Of a DNA stretch of 58,587 bases, positions 27,591 through 36,403 are shown piece after piece (the stretch's first letter is position 1; the number at the start of each line of letters is the position of its first letter). Source of the stretch: Bacillota bacterium (GTDB lineage: Bacteria; Bacillota; Limnochordia; DTU087); the NCBI GenBank assembly GCA_012799135.1, contig JAAZLW010000066.1, positions 1 to 58,587 of the forward strand, written 5' to 3'. The notes under the pieces are model-generated. The model had not been told where the DNA came from. It saw only the letters and a program-made list of their open reading frames with translations, and did no database searches. A program made the position numbers and the translations under genes.

Positions 27591-29756
27591 GCAGTGGCAG
27601 ATCCCTTGAGAACTAGGCCGGAAGCGGAGCGCTCTGGTCGAGTTAAGGACAGCCAAGAGTGCCACGCCGACATCGGCGAAAACCGCCTGCCAAAGGGTGG
27701 CTACTCCGGCAATTCCGAGAGCAATGAACAGGGCTTTGACGGCAAAGGCCAAAATGATATTTTGGATGATGATCTGCCGGGTGTGGCGGGCGATCCGGAT
27801 GGATTCAGCTACCTTACCCGGCCGATCCTCCATGATTACTACATCAGCGGCCTCAATGGCAGCATCAGAGCCGAGGCCTCCCATGGCAATTCCTACATCG
27901 GCCCGAGTGAGTACCGGAGCATCGTTAATTCCGTCTCCGACAAAGGCTAGCTTGCCTTGGCGCCCATCTTCATGAGCCAGGAGATTCTCTAGCTGAGTCA
28001 CTTTCTCATCGGGAAGCAACTCAGCATGGATCTCATCGATCCCTACCTCAAGGCCCACCTGCTCAGCAGTGCCCTTAGCATCTCCCGTTAGCATAACCGT
28101 CTTTCCTACCCCCAGATGGTATAGATCATGGATCGCTGTGGTAGCATCAGGTTTGATCTGATCAGCAATAGTAATGGTCCCGGCGAATTCTCCGTCTTTG
28201 GCCACATATACAGTGGTAACCCCATTGCCAGAGTCTGGAAAGAAGCTGACACCGCTACTGGCCAGTAACTTGGCGTTTCCCACCAGGATTTCAGCTCCAT
28301 TGATTCTCGCCCGGACGCCTTTCCCTGCGATCTCTTCATATTCCCCCTCACCGATGGTAGGTGACTCTGCCAAAGAGTTGGCCTTAAGGATAGAAAGGGC
28401 AATAGGGTGAGTGGAGTGAGCCTCGGCCTTTGCCGCTAAGTCTAGTACGGTCTCCGAAGTAAAGCCATTAGCCGGTGTAACCTGTTGGACTTGGAAAACG
28501 CCCTCGGTAAGGGTGCCAGTTTTGTCAAAAACCACTGTATCTATATCAACCAATGCATCCAAGTAGTTGGCGCCTTTGATCAGGATGCCCCGGCGGGAAG
28601 CACCACCAATCCCGCCAAAGTATCCTAGTGGTATGGAGATAACTAAAGCACAGGGGCAAGAGATCACTAAGAGCACTAGTGCTCTATGGACCCATTCCCC
28701 TAGACTGGCACCGGGAATGAGTATTGGTGGCAGTATTGCTACCAAGACCGCGCCGATTACGACTACCGGTGTATAGTACCGGGCGAGTTTAGTAATAAGG
28801 TGCTCTGTCGGTGCCTTACGGCTAGCGGCATTTTCCACTAGTTCTAAGATACGGGCCAGGGAAGTCTCCCCATATGCTTTTGTGACTCTAACTTGCAGCA
28901 ATCCAGAGTGATTGACCATGCCTGCCAGTACAGCTTCACCTGGGCATACTCGCTGTGGTACAGACTCTCCGGTGAGAGCCGAAGTATCGACAAAGGAATT
29001 GCCCTCGATGATCTCGCCATCGAGTGGTATCCGTTCTCCCGGTCTTACTATGATCATGCTGCCCACAGGTACTTGAGCAGGATCAACGGTTTCTATCCCA
29101 TCTCCAGTCTTTAGATTAGCAAAATCCGGCCGGATCTCCAGAAGTGATTGAATGGAGCTGCGGGAGCGAGATACAGCCATGTCTTGTAGCAGTTCGCCTA
29201 TATAGTAGAAGAGCATTACACCCACAGCTTCCGGCAAGTTGCCAATGGCAAACGCGCCTACAGTGGCAATGGTCATTAGGAAATTCTCATCGAAGATCTG
29301 GCCCTGGGTAGCATTGCGGATAGCTGCAGTAATAACCCTTCCACCCACCAGGAAGTAGGCGGTAAGGAAAACGATATATTGACCCCAGCCTCTACCCATC
29401 GTCTCTAGCTGGGACTTATATATGAGTCCAGTACCGAATAATATACCGGCAATGATCAGCGGCCAAAGTCTGACACTTTGCCGATGGCTCTCTCGGACCT
29501 CAGCCTCGGTGGTTGAGCGCTGTCCTTGCCCCTTGGGGTGAATCATCACACCTGGCTCTAATGCATCGATAATAGCTTGAGCCTGGGATACCTTGGCTGC
29601 ATCCATCATCAATGTGCTAGTGGCAAAGCTGATGGTGGCCTTAGCATCTAGGTCCTTCTGCAGTCGGGCTTCTATCTTGCTGGCACAATTGGCGCAATCC
29701 AGGCCACTTAAGGTGTAAGTCTCTGTTGCAGCTTCTATTAGCTCCGATGCGGGCAT
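27558..29756 (-). CDS. cadA: Heavy-metal (Cd/Zn/Pb) translocating P1B-type ATPase
   Basis: HMA GLDCANC, TGES, SCPCALV, DKTGTLT, HP, GDGINDAP, FADVG. Confidence 0.93.
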   Translation of the reverse strand: MPASELIEAATETYTLSGLDCANCASKIEARLQKDLDAKATISFATSTLMMDAAKVSQAQAIIDALEPGVMIHPKGQGQRSTTEAEVRESHRQSVRLWPLIIAGILFGTGLIYKSQLETMGRGWGQYIVFLTAYFLVGGRVITAAIRNATQGQIFDENFLMTIATVGAFAIGNLPEAVGVMLFYYIGELLQDMAVSRSRSSIQSLLEIRPDFANLKTGDGIETVDPAQVPVGSMIIVRPGERIPLDGEIIEGNSFVDTSALTGESVPQRVCPGEAVLAGMVNHSGLLQVRVTKAYGETSLARILELVENAASRKAPTEHLITKLARYYTPVVVIGAVLVAILPPILIPGASLGEWVHRALVLLVISCPCALVISIPLGYFGGIGGASRRGILIKGANYLDALVDIDTVVFDKTGTLTEGVFQVQQVTPANGFTSETVLDLAAKAEAHSTHPIALSILKANSLAESPTIGEGEYEEIAGKGVRARINGAEILVGNAKLLASSGVSFFPDSGNGVTTVYVAKDGEFAGTITIADQIKPDATTAIHDLYHLGVGKTVMLTGDAKGTAEQVGLEVGIDEIHAELLPDEKVTQLENLLAHEDGRQGKLAFVGDGINDAPVLTRADVGIAMGGLGSDAAIEAADVVIMEDRPGKVAESIRIARHTRQIIIQNIILAFAVKALFIALGIAGVATLWQAVFADVGVALLAVLNSTRALRFRPSSQGICHCLPERYSYPCG

Positions 29757-29766
29757 GATCTTTCCC

Positions 29767-30132
29767 CTACCTTTCTTCAGCAAAGTGTTCTTGAGCCTGA
29801 TGAATGAGGTTTACTATATGATCGTCATCCAATGAGTAAAAAACTTGCTTGCCTTCTCGGTGGTATCTAACCAGACGCATGGCCTTCAGCAGCCGCAGAT
29901 GGTGAGATATTGCCGGTAATGACATCTCCAAGATCTCAGCCAAATCGCAGACACACAGTTCCTCTTCAGAAAGAAGGTAGATGATTTTGGTCCTGGTTTC
30001 ATCACCGAGGACCTTGAAAAGCTCGGATAGACCGGCTACCTCCAGCACTTTCTCCCGTAATCTGTCCATCTCCCGGCAGTTGGGGCTATATTGATCACAT
30101 ATATCCTGGCAGGAACGGTCACTCTCAGTCAT
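29767..30132 (-). CDS. cadC: ArsR/SmtB family metal-responsive repressor (CadC-like)
   Basis: LFKVLGDETR, ELCVCDLA, ISHHLRLL, YSLDDDH, N-terminal Cys residues. Confidence 0.9.
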   Translation of the reverse strand: MTESDRSCQDICDQYSPNCREMDRLREKVLEVAGLSELFKVLGDETRTKIIYLLSEEELCVCDLAEILEMSLPAISHHLRLLKAMRLVRYHREGKQVFYSLDDDHIVNLIHQAQEHFAEER

Positions 30133-30153
30133 ATGCCTCACCTCTACGTTTAG

Positions 30154-30177
30154 ACGATTAAACAAGTGTTTAATCGT
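30154..30177. promoter_or_regulatory. ArsR/SmtB-type operator
   Basis: Perfect 11-2-11 inverted repeat ACGATTAAACA-ag-TGTTTAATCGT directly downstream of the -10 box. Confidence 0.82.
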
Positions 30178-30206
30178 ATTATATGACCGGGTTTCATCCC
30201 TGTCAA
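30178..30206 (-). promoter_or_regulatory. sigma-A promoter of cadCA
   Basis: Exact consensus TTGACA-N17-TATAAT on the minus strand. Confidence 0.85.
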
Positions 30207-30347
30207 TGGGGTTTTGATCATGTTCATTGATTATTTACTTCGTTGTGGTAATCTAGAGTAGGTTGCTTAGCGAGATCCGCTTCTGATCAGGTTTCATGAA
30301 TCTCAACTAGGCAGATGCTTGACTAAATTAGACTAGGAGGGCCGATA

Positions 30348-31190
30348 GTGCTGGTAGACTATCATTTGCACACAGTATTCTCCGGCCATGCTGTGGGGAC
30401 CATAGACGATTATCTGGCCAAGGTCGAAGAGCTGGGAATCGAGGAAGTGTGTTTTACAGAGCATACTTCCAGGCAGTATCTTCCCGACGAATTCCGTCGC
30501 CAGATCCCGGATTCCTGGATGCAGGATGAGGAGTTGGCTGTATATCTCAAGCTGGTGGCTGCTGCGGCCACGAGAACTTCGGTGAGAGTAAAGCTGGGAT
30601 TAGAAACAGACTATTTTGCGGGGCACGAAGAGGCTCTGGCGAGATTCCTTGATTCACTGCCCCTTGATTTTGTACTGGGAACTGTACATTTCCTACCGAT
30701 GTACGAAATGCGTTATATCAGCCTGGTTGACGAAGAGCCTGCTGCTTTTCTCGTGGCTTACTTTGACTATATTAAGAGAGCGATAGAAAGTGGATTGTTC
30801 GATTCCATCGCCCATATACATCTGGGTTGGCAGATAGTGCCATGGCCTTCAGGAAGAGCAGGGAAGACAGTGGAAAAGGGTTTGGCCCAGGTAGTTGCCG
30901 CCGCCGCTACCCATGACGTCTGTTTAGAGATTAACACCCGGGCTTTCAATTTCGAGGGACATGGAACACTGGATATATATAGGAGATTCATGGCGATGAT
31001 CGCAGACTACGGTGTGCCGATTACTCTGGGTTCTGATGCTCATGACCCGAAGGATGTAGGCCGCAACTATCCTCAGGTTCTACGGACTCTACGTCACTAT
31101 GGTATTGATGAGGTGGCTACCTTTGAGAAGAGGCAAAGGCTTATGGTGCCGGTGGGTGATCAGTTGCTGAGCACTGCACAAGGCAAATAA
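30348..31190 (+). CDS. PHP-family histidinol-phosphatase (HisJ/HisK-like)
   Basis: DYHLHT, FTEH, GLETDY, GTVH, IAH, LEINT, GSDAH. Confidence 0.85.
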   Translation: MLVDYHLHTVFSGHAVGTIDDYLAKVEELGIEEVCFTEHTSRQYLPDEFRRQIPDSWMQDEELAVYLKLVAAAATRTSVRVKLGLETDYFAGHEEALARFLDSLPLDFVLGTVHFLPMYEMRYISLVDEEPAAFLVAYFDYIKRAIESGLFDSIAHIHLGWQIVPWPSGRAGKTVEKGLAQVVAAAATHDVCLEINTRAFNFEGHGTLDIYRRFMAMIADYGVPITLGSDAHDPKDVGRNYPQVLRTLRHYGIDEVATFEKRQRLMVPVGDQLLSTAQGK

Positions 31191-31222
31191 AACGGAAGAG
31201 TAGTGCCTTTTGTCCTACTCCG

Positions 31223-32608
31223 TCAATTGCTCTCAACAGTTCTTTGCACCACGACCCGTTTCTTCCAGCGACCAGTTTTGTAATAGAGGAACTGGAAGAC
31301 AAAACCCATCACACTGCCTAGGGCAATCGCCAGCCAGACTCCACCTACACCTAGCTCCGGTATGGAGGAAAGGTATTTGGCTAACGGCACTCTGACTATC
31401 CAAAGGGAGCCCAGGGTCAGGAACATGGTGGCAACGGTATCCCCAGCACCTCGGACTACACCCCCGATAGTGAACATCAGGGCCATGGGGATGTATGATA
31501 GTGAGACATATCGCAGATACCGAGATCCTTCTGCTAGGACGGCTTCATCTTGAGTAAAAAGCACCATGAGTATGTCGGGGCGCAAGATAGCGATCACAGA
31601 GACAATGGCAGTGATGCTGGAAGCGAGGATAGCGCTCCACTTTACCGTCTCAGCTACCCGCTCGGGTTTACCGGCTCCGAGATTCTGCCCTACCAGGGCC
31701 GAGACCGCTAAACCCATACTCATAGATGGCATGAAGGCGAATTGGTCAAGGCGGGAGGCGGCGCCGAAACCAGCGATTACGGTAGCACCGAAACTATTAA
31801 CAATGGAGTTGACCACGACTGCGCTGAGCGAGACCAGTACCTGCTGAATACCGGCAGGCAGTCCGATACGAAAAGTCAAGGCCGTTAAGTCCCAGTCGAT
31901 GCTAAACATTCCCGGTTCATACCGTAAGAGCCCTGACTTTACGTACAGATATCTCAGGGAAAGCACTGCCGAGATACCTTGGGCGATAATAGTCGCCAGG
32001 GCTACACCGGCGATCCCCATTCTTGGAATGGGCCCCAAACCGAAGATAAAGAGAGGGTCCAGGATGATGTTCAAGATTGTGGCATAGGCCAGGAAGCGCA
32101 AAGGGGTGCGGGAGTCTCCTAGCCCTCGCAATACGGCACCGGCGACGTTATACAGAAACATACCAATCAGCCCTGCCATGTAGATCGCCAGATACTGTGC
32201 GGCCATGTCGATGATTTCAGAAGGTGTATTGATTAACCCTAGTAAAGGCCGGCGGAAAGCGATACCGATGGCAGAGATCACAAGTCCCAGTCCGGTCAGC
32301 AGAACCAGGGAGTTATTGACAGTCCTTACCAGACGCTCATGCTGGTGTGCTCCAAAGTATTGCGACACCAGGATCGTCGTCGCCATAGTAATCCCGTTGA
32401 CCATGGCTATTAGAGCGAAGATGATGGGAAAGCCTACCGATACGGCAGCTAGCGCATGGGGGCCCAGAAAACGTCCTACCCAGATGCTATCTACGGTATT
32501 GTATAAGGCCTGAAGGAGGTTTCCCAATAGCATGGGTACGGAGAATGAGATCAAATGGCGTAGAATGCTGCCCTCGGTAAAATCAGTAATCTGCTTGTTC
32601 TGCACCAC
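31223..32608 (-). CDS. MATE family efflux transporter
   Basis: LQALYNTVDSIWVG, RGLGDSRTPL, NIILDPLFI, GQNLGAG. Confidence 0.93.
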   Translation of the reverse strand: MVQNKQITDFTEGSILRHLISFSVPMLLGNLLQALYNTVDSIWVGRFLGPHALAAVSVGFPIIFALIAMVNGITMATTILVSQYFGAHQHERLVRTVNNSLVLLTGLGLVISAIGIAFRRPLLGLINTPSEIIDMAAQYLAIYMAGLIGMFLYNVAGAVLRGLGDSRTPLRFLAYATILNIILDPLFIFGLGPIPRMGIAGVALATIIAQGISAVLSLRYLYVKSGLLRYEPGMFSIDWDLTALTFRIGLPAGIQQVLVSLSAVVVNSIVNSFGATVIAGFGAASRLDQFAFMPSMSMGLAVSALVGQNLGAGKPERVAETVKWSAILASSITAIVSVIAILRPDILMVLFTQDEAVLAEGSRYLRYVSLSYIPMALMFTIGGVVRGAGDTVATMFLTLGSLWIVRVPLAKYLSSIPELGVGGVWLAIALGSVMGFVFQFLYYKTGRWKKRVVVQRTVESN

Positions 32609-32695
32609 AAAGCTCCTTTCACAACCCGGCGAATCGGTTTTAGCAACAATATCCTCTTTCGGCTGCTTACAAATACGAAGGCGGCTACACGCATT

Positions 32696-32724
32696 AGTTT
32701 ACCACGGAAGCTATGCCTCAGCAA
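32696..32724 (-). promoter_or_regulatory. sigma-A-like promoter for the MATE gene
   Basis: TTGCTG-N17-TAAACT with an extended TG. Confidence 0.5.
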
Positions 32725-32873
32725 GGCAAGCGGGGCAATGTATTCCGGGGTATGTACCTAAGGGATTGGTTTGCCGCAACTAACATAAAGGAAAAAGACC
32801 CTGGTATGTAGTAGGTCAATTCAAGTGACAAGCAACCCTTAACGGGATGTCAGGTAGAAGGGAGATTCGCGCC

Positions 32874-33755
32874 ATGGAAGTTGCTGCTCTTTCTCTTACA
32901 GGGTTGAAGATGGAGCAAGCCGGGGACTATGCCACCTATCTGAGTGCCCTTTTTCAGCAGTGCCCGGTTGAGCTAGCTGTCCTGCCAGCTCATACTGCCT
33001 TCTTACTCTGGGCTAGCTCGGGACAGCTAGAGGAGCTAGTGGAATATAGCGAAGGATTCAAGCTTTTCATGCATGATGTCCATAAGTGGAATGAACGCTT
33101 TCTGGAGCTCCACAGTGAACTGGCTAGGAAGAATGACCTGTATCTCGTGGCAGGGACCACAATCGAAGAGGTAGACGGTTATTTCTATCAGACAGCTTAC
33201 TGTTTCAACCCAAGTGGAGAAATCTGTGGCCAGCAGCGCCAGACACATCTTAGCCGTGAGGAGCGCACCCTTGGCCTAAGTAGAGGAGATGAGCTGCATC
33301 TGATCGACCTGGGGGGCTGGAAACTGGGTTTTATGGTCGGCACTGATGCCCGCCATCCCGAGGTCGGCCGCATTCTCGCGCTCCAGGGAGCTACGATAGT
33401 TGCCCACACAGGAGCCTTACTCCATGGTCCAGAGAGCCGAACACAGCCGGCGGGAGTCTGGGCACAGGTACAGCAAAACCAGTTTTGGGCCGTAGAGGCA
33501 CAGCTGAAGTGTACTATCGGTGGTCGCTCATTTGGTGGGCAGGCTGCGGTCATCGGCCCTTGCGAAGTGACCCTTGACTCGACCGGCTATCTGGCCCGGA
33601 CCGAGGGAGAAGAGCTTATTGCCGTGGCCAAGCTGGTGGAAGCTGACCGTCAAAGAATCAAAGCCGAGTATCCCTTGTTGCGGCTGCTTCAGCCAAAGGC
33701 CTATGAGGGGCTAATACCTGAGCTCTATGAGGCGGAGTCAAGAGAGAACCACTGA
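32874..33755 (+). CDS. Carbon-nitrogen hydrolase (nitrilase) fold protein with degenerate catalytic triad
   Basis: Fold motifs LVAGT, AYCFNPSG, QxQTHL and GATIV present. Triad positions read LPAH, QRQTH, VGTD instead of PE, K, C. Confidence 0.78.
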   Translation: MEVAALSLTGLKMEQAGDYATYLSALFQQCPVELAVLPAHTAFLLWASSGQLEELVEYSEGFKLFMHDVHKWNERFLELHSELARKNDLYLVAGTTIEEVDGYFYQTAYCFNPSGEICGQQRQTHLSREERTLGLSRGDELHLIDLGGWKLGFMVGTDARHPEVGRILALQGATIVAHTGALLHGPESRTQPAGVWAQVQQNQFWAVEAQLKCTIGGRSFGGQAAVIGPCEVTLDSTGYLARTEGEELIAVAKLVEADRQRIKAEYPLLRLLQPKAYEGLIPELYEAESRENH

Positions 33756-33835
33756 GTTCAGCTGTGGGAAAGTGAAGCGTGTCGAAAAAACCAGCAGGAA
33801 GCAGTGTATCTTGTCTCTAGTAAGGAGATGGGGTT

Positions 33836-34900
33836 ATGGCCCTTGATGGATGGAAAGAAAGACTATTGCGTCGGTATCTCTATTGGCGCTGTCGCCCGGC
33901 CAAGGTGAAGCGGCGGCTCTCTGCTCTGGTCAAGGAAAGAACGGCCCCTCCAGTTGTCGAAGCAGGGTGTCTTAATGTTGCAGCTCTTCAGGTCCAGGTT
34001 CAGCTATTTAGGGATCCTTTGGATTATGTCGATACAATGCACCGTCTGGTCAAGGAAGCTGCCGCCAAAGGGGCACATTTGGTAGCATTTCCTGAATATA
34101 ACAATCTTGCGCTTTTGGTCATGCTGCCAGGAATAGAACAGATGGGAGAAGGGGCGTCCGGGGGAGCTATGGAAGCGGAGGCCAACACCAATGGCCCCGC
34201 CATTACCGTTACCGATGTAGTCTCCTATATAGGTCCGGTAATGGCACCCTTTCTCGATACCCTTTATTCGAGTCTCGCCGCGGCCTATGGTCTGTATCTG
34301 ATGGCCGGCAGTTTTCTTCTGCCCGACAAGGATAGAGTAGTCAACCGGGCTTTCCTATATGGTCCCCATGGGCAGCTGCTTGGGACCCAGGATAAAGTCC
34401 ACCTCATGCCTATGGAGGCTGAGTGGGGCACTTCAGCCGGTACAAGGCTCAACCTTTTCGATACAGAGTTGGGCAAGATCGCAGCTCCGGTATGTATGGA
34501 TGCAACCTATTTCGAAACCTTTAGGATTCTGGAGCTAAAGGGAGCAGAGATTATCATCATCCCTATCGCCAATCCCGAACCATATAATCATTGGTTGGCC
34601 CTACGAGGTATCTGGTCCCGGGTGCAGGAATGCCCGACATACGGAGTCAAGAGTGCTCTAGTCGGGCGCTTACTGGGGTTTGAGTTTACCGGGCGGGCGG
34701 GGATCTTTGGCCCGGCAGAGCTGACCCTGGGAGGCAGTGGTATCCTGGACATAGTCACCTCCCCGAAGGACGAAGGGATGGCTTTTGCACAGATCGACCT
34801 CACCGCCCTTAAGGAGCTACGCCGGGATCATCCCTGGCGGGACAGTAACCCTCAGCTCTATCGGCGCTATTTTCCCCGGGTATATCAGTCTATAGAATAG
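33836..34900 (+). CDS. Carbon-nitrogen hydrolase (nitrilase superfamily), intact Glu-Lys-Cys triad
   Basis: VAFPEY, QDKVHL, PVCMDATYFE. Confidence 0.88.
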   Translation: MALDGWKERLLRRYLYWRCRPAKVKRRLSALVKERTAPPVVEAGCLNVAALQVQVQLFRDPLDYVDTMHRLVKEAAAKGAHLVAFPEYNNLALLVMLPGIEQMGEGASGGAMEAEANTNGPAITVTDVVSYIGPVMAPFLDTLYSSLAAAYGLYLMAGSFLLPDKDRVVNRAFLYGPHGQLLGTQDKVHLMPMEAEWGTSAGTRLNLFDTELGKIAAPVCMDATYFETFRILELKGAEIIIIPIANPEPYNHWLALRGIWSRVQECPTYGVKSALVGRLLGFEFTGRAGIFGPAELTLGGSGILDIVTSPKDEGMAFAQIDLTALKELRRDHPWRDSNPQLYRRYFPRVYQSIE

Positions 34901-34927
34901 CAGCCCTAGGGTGTTCGAGATGCTGCT

Positions 34928-36253
34928 TTATGGGCCGATGCTATCCTCTTGGTAAGCGATAACCTCTTTCTCGGGGTAATGGGAGAAAATCAACGCACCG
35001 ATGATGATAAACAGCGTTGCGACTGGTCCGGTCAGGCGAATCCCTAGGGCTTGCTCCGGCGTTCTCCCGAAAAATTGCAGAAGCCCGGTGGTAATCAATG
35101 TGGATAATCCCAAGGCCAGCTTTAGGATAAAGCCCTGTGCACCGAAATACATGGCTTCACGGCGCTGTCCGGAGAGTTTCTCTTCCAGGTCTGAAACCGC
35201 GGCGACGATGGCATCGGGGACGACAAAGATAGCCGATACGGGGATTCCCATTAGTGCCATCAATACATAACCGAAGATGCGGGGTGTTAGTCCCCAAACA
35301 GATTGGCCGAGAAAGTAGATCCCCGGCAAGAGCAGGGCGAAAAGGATCATGGAAAAGAGCATTACCGTTTTTAGACCCAGCTTTTTCGAGTAGATATTCA
35401 CCAGTGGAAAACAGAGTAGAGCCACCGCCATGACCAACCCGAAATAGATGGCCACATCACCCTCGGTTCCACCCAAAAGCACTGTGACATAGGGAGCGAT
35501 GTTGAGAGTAACGATATTGAAACCCAGCCAAAAGGCGACATTACCAGCCAGGTAAATCAAGAATGGGCGGTTCTTGAAGGTTGTATTTAGAGCATCCCTC
35601 AAACCCAAGGTTGCAGGTTCAGATTGGGCATAGTCCCTTTCCCGGATAAATAAGGCCGGAATGTAAAGCATAACCAGACCTATGCCACCCATCACCCAGA
35701 GCATGCCATAAATACCGAGAGAATCAATCAGGATACCCCCACCGACAAAAGCAACCGCTACACCCAGGATACTGAAAACCGCTTTCCAGGTAGACAAATC
35801 GACCCGGTCTTTGTTGGAGCGAGCCAGTTCAGGCAACAGAGCCAGGTAAGGGCAAACATAGGCGGTAAATAAGGCAAAGTAGAGTCCCAGCATCAAAGTT
35901 AGGTAGATGAAGTTGAGCGAGGAAGTAGCAGCTACCGGCGGGTAGAAAAGAGCGATGAAGACTGCTACATAGAAGATGCCACTGTAAAGCATGAAGGGGA
36001 TCCGGCGACCCAAACGCCCCCTGTGGTTATCCGACCAACGGGCGATGAGGGGGTCGGCTACTGCGTCAACAACACGGCCTAAGAACATGACCATCCCGAA
36101 GGCTAGAGGGACAACTAGTGCTGTTTCTCCCTTGATGGGGTTGATCAGGTAGTAATGCAGCAAGAAGCTAACCATGATTCTGTCGATGAGGCTAAAGCCC
36201 CCTGCACCGATACCGTATGCGAGCTTACCCCAAAGGGGTAGTCTTTTGGCCAT
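34928..36253 (-). CDS. MFS transporter, GPH/MelB-like family
   Basis: GRVVDAVADPLIARWSD, GRRIPF, PYLALLPE, GQRREAMYFG. Confidence 0.88.
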   Translation of the reverse strand: MAKRLPLWGKLAYGIGAGGFSLIDRIMVSFLLHYYLINPIKGETALVVPLAFGMVMFLGRVVDAVADPLIARWSDNHRGRLGRRIPFMLYSGIFYVAVFIALFYPPVAATSSLNFIYLTLMLGLYFALFTAYVCPYLALLPELARSNKDRVDLSTWKAVFSILGVAVAFVGGGILIDSLGIYGMLWVMGGIGLVMLYIPALFIRERDYAQSEPATLGLRDALNTTFKNRPFLIYLAGNVAFWLGFNIVTLNIAPYVTVLLGGTEGDVAIYFGLVMAVALLCFPLVNIYSKKLGLKTVMLFSMILFALLLPGIYFLGQSVWGLTPRIFGYVLMALMGIPVSAIFVVPDAIVAAVSDLEEKLSGQRREAMYFGAQGFILKLALGLSTLITTGLLQFFGRTPEQALGIRLTGPVATLFIIIGALIFSHYPEKEVIAYQEDSIGP

Positions 36254-36403
36254 CTTCACATCCCCTTTTCCACGAGTTTTGAGACTTCATATGTTTTCGC
36301 TATTGTCGTTGGTTTCCCCTTGATCGCGCTCTAAAGTGATCTGGGGGTCGCTCGTCTATTACGCTGATCGATTGCAGGTGAGTTTGGTTAGCTAAAGCAA
36401 GGC

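Noticed and set aside
27558-30206. cadCA as part of a transposon or genomic island
   Set aside because: No transposase, integrase, terminal repeats or obvious compositional shift
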